A program made the position numbers and the translations under genes. The notes beneath the pieces were generated by a model. That model worked only from the letters and a program-made list of their open reading frames with translations. It was not told where the DNA came from and made no database searches. From positions 772 through 64,771 of the forward strand of contig JAZRYE010000003.1 in the NCBI GenBank assembly GCA_045600585.1: a stretch of 64,000 nt of DNA, in the 5' to 3' direction. The first letter of the stretch is position 1; each line of letters opens with the position of its first letter. Below, in pieces: positions 57,429 through 64,000 of this stretch. The stretch comes from Bacilli bacterium (GTDB lineage Bacteria > Bacillota_I > Bacilli_A > RFN20 > CAG-826).

Positions 57429-58547
57429 TTATATTTTCTTAAGGTACGAACGTCTTCTTTTATGATTAACAGAATCAAAGTATTTCCAGTTAGCCATAAT
57501 TTTTTCGTTGTATTCTAGATTAAGATTAGTTTCGCAGTATTCGATGCCTTTGTCAAATAAAGACATAATATAAGTGTAAATCATTGCTGAAACACCACTG
57601 TTTTGATACTCAGGTAATAGACCTACTAAACCTAAGTCCATAACTTTAGGGTGTTTTACTGTGTGAAGCAATTTACAAAGTGCTACTGGATATAGATGTC
57701 CACCACTCTTTTGAATAGAAGGACCAATTGCAGGGAAGCATAAACCAAAAGCAACAATTCTTTCATTTTTATCTGCAACGCATGTAATGAAATCTTTGTT
57801 AAGAACAGGCATAAATTGATTTAATAAATCTCTTTTTACTTTTTCATTAGAAGGGACAACACCATATAGATGTTTATAGGTTTCATCTAATACATCGAAG
57901 AATCCTTGTTTGATTCGGTTGATATATTGTCTTTTAGTGCCTTTTTTCGAAACGTAATGAAGATTCAATTCTTTCATTGCTCTTTCTTCTATTTTTCGAA
58001 TGACAACTTTATCTTCTTTTGGCCTACGTAGACGGAATTCAAGCCAATCAACTTCTTTTTCAAATCCATATCCCTCAATTAGCTTTGGATAATATTCATA
58101 GTTGTATTGTTCTTCAAAAGTTTGGGTTTGATCAAATCCTTGAATCAACAAGCCTTCTCTTTCCAAATCGCTATAGCCTAATGGACCACATATTATATCC
58201 ATTCCTTGTGATTTGCCCCAACTTGATGCAGCTTCAAATAAAGCATTTGCAACTTCTTGATCATCAATAGAATCGAATCTTGTAAATCTCATTCTCTTCT
58301 CGTTATGAATTTCATTATATTGAAGTTGAATAATGCCTTGAATTCTTCCGACAACTTTTCCATCTTTTTTTGCAATAAAGAAAATAGATTTACTTACTTC
58401 CACATATGGATTTTTAGAAGTGAAAAGTTTCAATTCATCCCCATATAAACATGGAACATAATAAGGATTATTTTTATAAAGTTTTAACGGGAAGTTGACA
58501 AATAGTTTTTGTTCTTTTCTTGTTTTAACTTCTATTATTTGAACCAT
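57429..58547 (-). CDS. Uncharacterised GNAT-fold-like (acyl)transferase-like protein
   Basis: 372 aa, wedged between plsX and acpP with 17-18 bp gaps. No canonical motif that I can name. The fold assignment is tentative. Confidence 0.35.
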   Translation of the reverse strand: MVQIIEVKTRKEQKLFVNFPLKLYKNNPYYVPCLYGDELKLFTSKNPYVEVSKSIFFIAKKDGKVVGRIQGIIQLQYNEIHNEKRMRFTRFDSIDDQEVANALFEAASSWGKSQGMDIICGPLGYSDLEREGLLIQGFDQTQTFEEQYNYEYYPKLIEGYGFEKEVDWLEFRLRRPKEDKVVIRKIEERAMKELNLHYVSKKGTKRQYINRIKQGFFDVLDETYKHLYGVVPSNEKVKRDLLNQFMPVLNKDFITCVADKNERIVAFGLCFPAIGPSIQKSGGHLYPVALCKLLHTVKHPKVMDLGLVGLLPEYQNSGVSAMIYTYIMSLFDKGIEYCETNLNLEYNEKIMANWKYFDSVNHKRRRSYLKKI

Positions 58548-58564
58548 TTTATTTTTTCTCTTGT

Positions 58565-59545
58565 TTATTCTAAATCGAAAATAGAATCTCCACTTACATA
58601 CTTAGTTAAAATGCCACATGTTGAAACAATTGAATTTTCATCACAGTTGCCATGGCATTTGATAATAGGCTTTTTAGTTCCCAAAACAATCGCTCCACCT
58701 AGGGAAGTGAAATCATATTTACGCATTAAATAGCCGACAGCTTCCATTACTTCTGGTTTGCCTGCTTTTTTAGAATATACAACAAGATCTTTGATAAGCA
58801 TCTTAGCCATGCCTTCAGAGTTCTTTAAAACTTGGTTACCGGCAAAGCCATCGCAAACTAAGACATCACATTCGCCTGAAAGAGTTTTATTTCCTTCGAT
58901 ATTTCCAACAAAGTTAATAGTTTCATCATTTTCTAAGATAGGATATGTTTCTTTAACTAAATGATTACCTTTAGTCTTTTCTGCCCCATTAGATAATAAT
59001 CCAACACGAGGATTTTCAATTTTATATAATCTTCTCATTAAATCCACGCCTAAACGGGCAAATTCATGTAATTGTGATGGAGTGCAGTCAATAGTTGCAC
59101 CTGTATCAACAATGCCAACATAACCACCTTGTGCATGTGGTAAGATTGCCGATAAACAAGGTCTTGTCTTTTTGTCATCGCTTAAGAATCTAAATGAGCA
59201 CATCAATAAAGCTCCAGATGCTCCAGCGGTAATCATACCAATATAACCATCATGTTCTTTGGTAAATTTCATTGCTTTAATAATTGAAGCGTTTGGTTTA
59301 GCAAAAATACCAGTTGTAGGATTATCGTAATTTGTAATTGTTTCTTTCGCATCGACAATTTCAACACGATTTTCATCCATATTTAACTCAGTCATTTTAG
59401 ATTTAATTAAATTTTCATCACCAACAAGAGCAACTTTAATATTTGGATATGTATTTAATGCCATAGAGGCACCTAAAATTACTGTTTCTGCTCCTTTGTC
59501 ACTGCCTAATGTATCAATGACAATTCCGATTTTATTATCTGCCAT
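58565..59545 (-). CDS. plsX: Phosphate acyltransferase PlsX
   Basis: 326 aa. N-terminal IVIDTLGSDKGAETVI and central GNIEG matching the PlsX family. Confidence 0.85.
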   Translation of the reverse strand: MADNKIGIVIDTLGSDKGAETVILGASMALNTYPNIKVALVGDENLIKSKMTELNMDENRVEIVDAKETITNYDNPTTGIFAKPNASIIKAMKFTKEHDGYIGMITAGASGALLMCSFRFLSDDKKTRPCLSAILPHAQGGYVGIVDTGATIDCTPSQLHEFARLGVDLMRRLYKIENPRVGLLSNGAEKTKGNHLVKETYPILENDETINFVGNIEGNKTLSGECDVLVCDGFAGNQVLKNSEGMAKMLIKDLVVYSKKAGKPEVMEAVGYLMRKYDFTSLGGAIVLGTKKPIIKCHGNCDENSIVSTCGILTKYVSGDSIFDLE

Positions 59546-59652
59546 ATGAAAATTTCCTTTCGATTGGTCTTTATTATAATAACTAGATTTCTTTTATAAG
59601 TCTATTTATATAAAAACTATCGTTACACTTGTAACAAGGAGTAATCAAAATA

Positions 59653-61251
59653 CTAAGCAACTTTGCTAAAGCTAATTTCTATTTTGTCTGAATGAAGGGA
59701 AGTAATTTTAAAAGTAAAGCCTAAAGAATAATGATTTCCATTTTCATCAGTTTTATTAGAAGTAAAAGTATTGAATGTATCTAATCCAAACGAATCATTT
59801 AATCTAAATAATGTTTTATTAGATGCAGCGTTTCCACTTGCAAATGAATTATTGCCATCTTTTTCTAATAAATGAACAAGTACTTCACTTGATGCATTTT
59901 TTGCATTTTCATTGCCATGGGCTAATCCAACACAATAAGAAGTTATACCTTCAAGTTTTTCTTGTGCTTTTGGATCTTCGATATAAGCAATGACGTTATT
60001 CACTCCACCATTAACAATCTTTTTTGTGAGATATGCAGCGCGAGCGTCGATATGATAGACTCTTAATCCATGATAACTAGGATATGTAAATACGCCTTTC
60101 GTTCCATCAGTTTTTGAATATTCGTATGAGGCATTTTCAACTTCGTTTAATCCAACTGGAGTGAAGTATTCTAATAATAAAAATTCATCATAAGGTGTGC
60201 CGTTATAGTTACCTAACGGGATAAGAACAAGGTCACCACTTTTTGTGAATGATTTTAATGTTATTGAACAACTATTCTTAATAACATAAGGAGTTACCCA
60301 GTTTAAAATCATTTTAGAAAAGCCACAATGATCGCCTAAATTTGAATCCATTGTGTCAAATGAACCAGTTGGTTGAAACATATAAGAACTGTAATAATCG
60401 GATAAACCAAATATATGGCCTACTTCATGAATATAAGTATTTCGATAGGCAACATTTTCTTTTTCATAAGCGAAGTCAACGCTGCTCCATGAATATGTAC
60501 ACGCATATGGAGCGGTGTTATTTATTCCATACTCACCTTGTTTTGTGTGACTTGTAAAAGCCCAGTAAATAGAATCACTATGTCTTTTATCATATGGAGC
60601 ATCATAAATTAAATAAATGCCATCGATATAGTCATCATTATCATTATCATATTCTTCTAGGCTAATGGCTTTTCCTTTATATTCTTCGCTTCTAAGCCAA
60701 TCTAAAGCATTCGAAGCAACTGTTTTAGTTATTTGGCCATATCCAGTTAAATCATCATAACGAGAATATTCCATTTCATACCAGTCGGTAACTTCGCCAG
60801 TTAAAGATAATTGTCCATAGCTAGATTTGTTATAGAAAGAAGATACCGATTCAAAACCTGTTTTATCTGGATCACCAAAAAAAGCATTTTGAATCATGAT
60901 TGTTTTTTCTTTTCTAGAAGCTATATCACGTTCACTATTTTCACCTTTGAAATACACTGGTATAACTAAAAGCTTTTGTTTTCCTAAGGATGCTTCATTT
61001 AAGAATTTATTATGCAAATTATCGCTAGAATATAAATCTCTATAAGAAGAAATTTCTTTTGTTTCTCCTTCCATATCAACATAGGACATAGTTTTGTAAT
61101 TGCTAAACTTATAGTAATTATCAGTTTCTATATCATTTTTGACATTTTGAGGGGACATTTCGTTAATGTATGGATAAAATACTATCTCAACCTCTTTTGT
61201 GCAGGAAATAGCTAATAAAGGAATAAATAACAAAGATAAATATCTTTTTTT
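59653..61251 (-). CDS. Lipoprotein zinc metalloprotease, M6 (immune inhibitor A)-like
   Basis: Likely start MKKRYLSLLFIPLLAISC (lipobox). Zincin motif HEVGHIFGLSDYY (HExxHxxGLxDxY, as in InhA). Confidence 0.6.
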   Translation of the reverse strand, partial: KKRYLSLLFIPLLAISCTKEVEIVFYPYINEMSPQNVKNDIETDNYYKFSNYKTMSYVDMEGETKEISSYRDLYSSDNLHNKFLNEASLGKQKLLVIPVYFKGENSERDIASRKEKTIMIQNAFFGDPDKTGFESVSSFYNKSSYGQLSLTGEVTDWYEMEYSRYDDLTGYGQITKTVASNALDWLRSEEYKGKAISLEEYDNDNDDYIDGIYLIYDAPYDKRHSDSIYWAFTSHTKQGEYGINNTAPYACTYSWSSVDFAYEKENVAYRNTYIHEVGHIFGLSDYYSSYMFQPTGSFDTMDSNLGDHCGFSKMILNWVTPYVIKNSCSITLKSFTKSGDLVLIPLGNYNGTPYDEFLLLEYFTPVGLNEVENASYEYSKTDGTKGVFTYPSYHGLRVYHIDARAAYLTKKIVNGGVNNVIAYIEDPKAQEKLEGITSYCVGLAHGNENAKNASSEVLVHLLEKDGNNSFASGNAASNKTLFRLNDSFGLDTFNTFTSNKTDENGNHYSLGFTFKITSLHSDKIEISFSKVA

Positions 61252-61336
61252 CATAAGACAAATATAAGTGAAAAAACACATTTTGTAAACAAACTAAAAA
61301 GGACGATTGCTCGTCCTTAGTAGAATTTAAGATTAA

Positions 61337-62920
61337 TTAATTTAATGGAGTGATTGTGAATGTAGCACTTTCATTGCCATTAATTTGGTCAATGGAAATA
61401 GAATAGCCAAATGGAACATCCCATTTACCAGCGTTACCGTGAACTTGGAAATCGCTATAAACGCCACTAGCAGAATTGAAGACTTGGCCTTGTTGCCATA
61501 AGTATGTATTATCTGCTTTATTTTGTGGTTTGCCACCAGCAGTGCTAATAGCCTTACCAGTTGCAGGAATTACTTCAAGAAGTTTGAAATTCTTATAACA
61601 GGATCTAGAAGCTGTGTTATCGCAAGCGAATCCAACATACATTTGAGAACCTGAACCAATATGAATTGTGAAGTTAGAGAATTCCCAACCCTTATTGCTA
61701 ATGTATCTCCAAATGCCTAATCTAGCATCAACAAGAGTGATACGAACACCAGCAATGCCATAGTAAAGTGGAGAACCACTAGCTAATCTTTCTTTACCAT
61801 CTTTTTCAGCAACACCGGTTGGAGTTAAGAATTCAACCATCATATATTGGTCTAATGCTGTGGTATATTTCTTACCTTTGACTGGAATAACAAAGTATTC
61901 GCCAGTATCAGTTGTTGAATTAATTGTAATCTTTGTCTTCTTTTCTGGAATAACATATGGTTCAGACCATCCATATAATGTTTTAGAGAAAATATTGTGG
62001 TCACCAATATTCATATCCATAAAGTCTAAACCACCTAAACCAGAATAGTCGCCAGAAGCATAGTCTGTAACGTAATAGTCTGGAAGAGATAATACGTGGC
62101 CGAATTCGTGGCAGAGTGTATGTGGGTCAGGTTTTACTGCACCACTCTTAATATCTGAATCTTTAGCACCTTCAAAGAAGAATTTATAAGATGCCCAGAA
62201 GAAACGATAGAATGATGGCTTATTGACATCAGTAGCACCACTATTGAAGCTAGAACAGAAAGCCCACCACAATTCACCGGTAGTTGTAATGTTTGGTGTG
62301 TAAATCATAATGAGAGAATCGATAGTACCATCACCATTTTTATCGAAATCTTTCATGTTATAAGTGCCTTTACCAGCACCTTCTGTGTAATATTCATAGA
62401 TTTGACGACCAACTTCATCAGCGCCATCTGTTGAATATGTCTTAGCAAATTCTGTTGAGTTTGCATTGACTTTAAACCAAGGTGTAACAACGCCAGTAAT
62501 GTTGCATTGTCCAAAACTTGATTTGTTATAGAAACTCTTTAATGATTCCCAGCCAGTTTCTTTTCCGTCACCAAAGATCGCATCTTCAATGTCTTTTCTT
62601 GATCCTTCAGATCCTTTAGGAAGAGAGGAAGAAGGGAAATCATTGAATTCAACTGGAACTACGAATGCACCAACATCAGAAACAACATATTTTGTTTGTT
62701 GAGTTTCAAGTGGAGTTCCTTCATCAATTTTTCTAATTTGTTTGCAAAAAGGTTCGGTTCTCATGCCATAACCAAGAATTCTTAAATCGCGATAATTGGA
62801 TGTGTAATCAAATCCATTGTATTTAAGTGAATTCTTATCAACATCGCCTTTACCACAACCAGCTGTACAAGCGATTAAACCTGCAAGGATTGTAGTAGTT
62901 AATAACCTTTTAATTTTCAT
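61337..62920 (-). CDS. Lipoprotein zinc metalloprotease, M6-like, tandem paralog
   Basis: Lipobox LIACTAGCG. HEFGHVLSLPDYY motif. Same architecture as the neighbour. Confidence 0.6.
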   Translation of the reverse strand: MKIKRLLTTTILAGLIACTAGCGKGDVDKNSLKYNGFDYTSNYRDLRILGYGMRTEPFCKQIRKIDEGTPLETQQTKYVVSDVGAFVVPVEFNDFPSSSLPKGSEGSRKDIEDAIFGDGKETGWESLKSFYNKSSFGQCNITGVVTPWFKVNANSTEFAKTYSTDGADEVGRQIYEYYTEGAGKGTYNMKDFDKNGDGTIDSLIMIYTPNITTTGELWWAFCSSFNSGATDVNKPSFYRFFWASYKFFFEGAKDSDIKSGAVKPDPHTLCHEFGHVLSLPDYYVTDYASGDYSGLGGLDFMDMNIGDHNIFSKTLYGWSEPYVIPEKKTKITINSTTDTGEYFVIPVKGKKYTTALDQYMMVEFLTPTGVAEKDGKERLASGSPLYYGIAGVRITLVDARLGIWRYISNKGWEFSNFTIHIGSGSQMYVGFACDNTASRSCYKNFKLLEVIPATGKAISTAGGKPQNKADNTYLWQQGQVFNSASGVYSDFQVHGNAGKWDVPFGYSISIDQINGNESATFTITPLN

Positions 62921-63028
62921 AACTGCCTCCTTCTCCTATGTGCTTTCGAAATGAATAGTCATAGGTAAATATTTAATTGTGCATGCATTATAACAACTTT
63001 TTATAAAAAGTGATAGAAAAATTAAAAA

Positions 63029-63048
63029 CCCTCAGATTTCTCCGAGGG
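63029..63048 (-). terminator. rpoC terminator
   Basis: CCCTC-N10-GAGGG hairpin followed on the minus strand by TTTTTAATTTTTC. Confidence 0.5.
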
Positions 63049-63066
63049 TTAATAATCTAAGAAGAA

Positions 63067-64000
63067 CTATTTCTTTTCTGAATCAAGTTCAGCGATTCTG
63101 TCATGTAATTTACTTACAGCACGATCATGTTCTTCAACATAATTATCGCTAACTTCTTTCATTGTTCCTTCAACAGTGAAGTCCTTAACTGCAGCTTCCT
63201 CTTCTTCTTCGCTTGCAAGACCACGTCCAGCTGGGATTAAGTGACCAGTAATGACGTTTTCTTTTAAGCCGTGTAAGTAGTCAACTTTGCCTTTGATAGC
63301 AGCGTCTGTTAAGACTCTAGTTGTTTCTTGGAAGGATGCTGCTGATAAGAATGAATCAGTTTCAAGAGCAGCCTTAGTAATTCCTAAGATAAGAGGTTGA
63401 GCAACAGCTGGGTGTCCACCTGTAGTTAATGCTTCAACGTTCTTAGCTGTGAAGTTATTGACGGATACACGTGTACCAGAGAGCATATCTGTAGAACCGC
63501 CATCGATGACGAATACTTTTCTGAGCATTTGTCTAACGATAACTTCAATGTGTTTATCGGAAATACCAATAGATTGAGCAGAATAAACTTTTTGAACTTC
63601 TTTTAAGATGTAGTTTTCAACAGCAGTTACATCAGCATATTCGAGTAATTTCTTAGGAGAAATTGCACCTTCAGTGATCTTACCACCATTCTTGACTTCA
63701 TCACCTTCATGGACTCTTAAGTGAGCACCATAATTTGTTTGATAGACCTTTTCTTCAAGATCGTTAGTAACTGTAACAACGAAGTAGTCACCTTTTTCTT
63801 CAACCTTAGTAACTTTACCAGAGATTTCAGAGATGAGAGCTTCACCCTTAGGGTTACGAGCTTCGAACAATTCTTGAACACGAGGTAAACCTTGAGTAAT
63901 ATCGCTACCAGCAACACCACCAGTGTGGAAAGTTCTCATTGTTAATTGAGTACCAGGTTCACCAATGGATTGAGCAGCCATAATACCAACAGCTTCACCA
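63067..64000 (-). CDS. rpoC: DNA-directed RNA polymerase subunit beta' (3' portion; gene continues beyond the window)
   Basis: C-terminal beta' sequence ([21 protein letters not shown]...). The ORF is open to the window edge. Confidence 0.9.
   Translation of the reverse strand, partial: GEAVGIMAAQSIGEPGTQLTMRTFHTGGVAGSDITQGLPRVQELFEARNPKGEALISEISGKVTKVEEKGDYFVVTVTNDLEEKVYQTNYGAHLRVHEGDEVKNGGKITEGAISPKKLLEYADVTAVENYILKEVQKVYSAQSIGISDKHIEVIVRQMLRKVFVIDGGSTDMLSGTRVSVNNFTAKNVEALTTGGHPAVAQPLILGITKAALETDSFLSAASFQETTRVLTDAAIKGKVDYLHGLKENVITGHLIPAGRGLASEEEEEAAVKDFTVEGTMKEVSDNYVEEHDRAVSKLHDRIAELDSEKK

Noticed and set aside
1-64000. CRISPR arrays
   Set aside because: No series of regularly spaced identical direct repeats was found anywhere. 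The only repeat family is the irregularly spaced palindromic element described above.
1-64000. UGA=Trp (Mollicutes code 4) usage
   Set aside because: Long genes (uvrA, PFOR, fusA) are intact under the standard code, and TGA consistently coincides with gene ends. There is no evidence for recoding.

Overview
The window is a low-GC (about 30-38% GC) Firmicutes/Mollicutes-like chromosome segment read with the standard genetic code (long intact ORFs such as the 946-aa UvrA argue against UGA recoding), and almost every gene is on the minus strand. Core content, from the left: the glycolytic genes gap-pgk-tpiA; an overlapping XRE-whiA-trxB-HAD(PpaX-like)-lgt-uvrA operon (Bacillus-like hprK/lgt/ppaX and trxB/whiA neighbourhood synteny); a very AT-rich block encoding a P-loop kinase, a Cys/Asn/Tyr-rich lipoprotein, a lipase-like alpha/beta hydrolase and a coiled-coil protein; a 1.2-kaa pyruvate:ferredoxin oxidoreductase; and a lipoprotein-anchored CX5R phosphatase. 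From about 19.6 to 35.7 kb there is a roughly 16-kb compositional mosaic island of about 50-55% GC blocks interleaved with about 30% GC cassettes, ending about 190 bp from the 3' end of tRNA-Lys(CUU). It carries two XRE genes, a prophage lysis/tail-module remnant (putative holin, no endolysin), tandem Sel1-repeat paralogs, a secreted 699-aa Listeria-Bacteroides-repeat protein, a multi-zinc-ribbon protein, a sigma-region-4-like regulator, a phage replisome-organizer N-terminal-domain protein, a truncated tyrosine integrase fused to an excisionase-like HTH fragment, and an N-terminally truncated, frame-broken large serine recombinase. Inside the island sits a tight five-gene low-GC defence operon: C-protein-like XRE, Dam-family (D12) N6-adenine methyltransferase, a 127-aa unknown, a DUF262/DUF1524 (GmrSD/SspE/BrxU-like) nuclease and a GIY-YIG/DUF4357 protein. 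It has an extended -10 promoter and a palindromic box. A family of related palindromes (ATAC-N3-GTAT core; four of them embedded in a conserved ~60-bp element) recurs six times at the cassette junctions of the island. This repeat family is the most unusual structure I see. To the right of the tRNA are four lipoproteins (one Ig-like, one thermonuclease-like), a two-SBP sugar ABC transporter, small membrane proteins, a second thermonuclease-like lipoprotein and two RDD-like proteins. Then comes the str operon (rpsL-rpsG-fusA-tuf), acpP, a GNAT-like protein, plsX, two tandem M6/InhA-like metalloprotease lipoproteins and the 3' end of rpoC. Protein-family assignments rest on motifs I can read in the translations. 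No database search was run.
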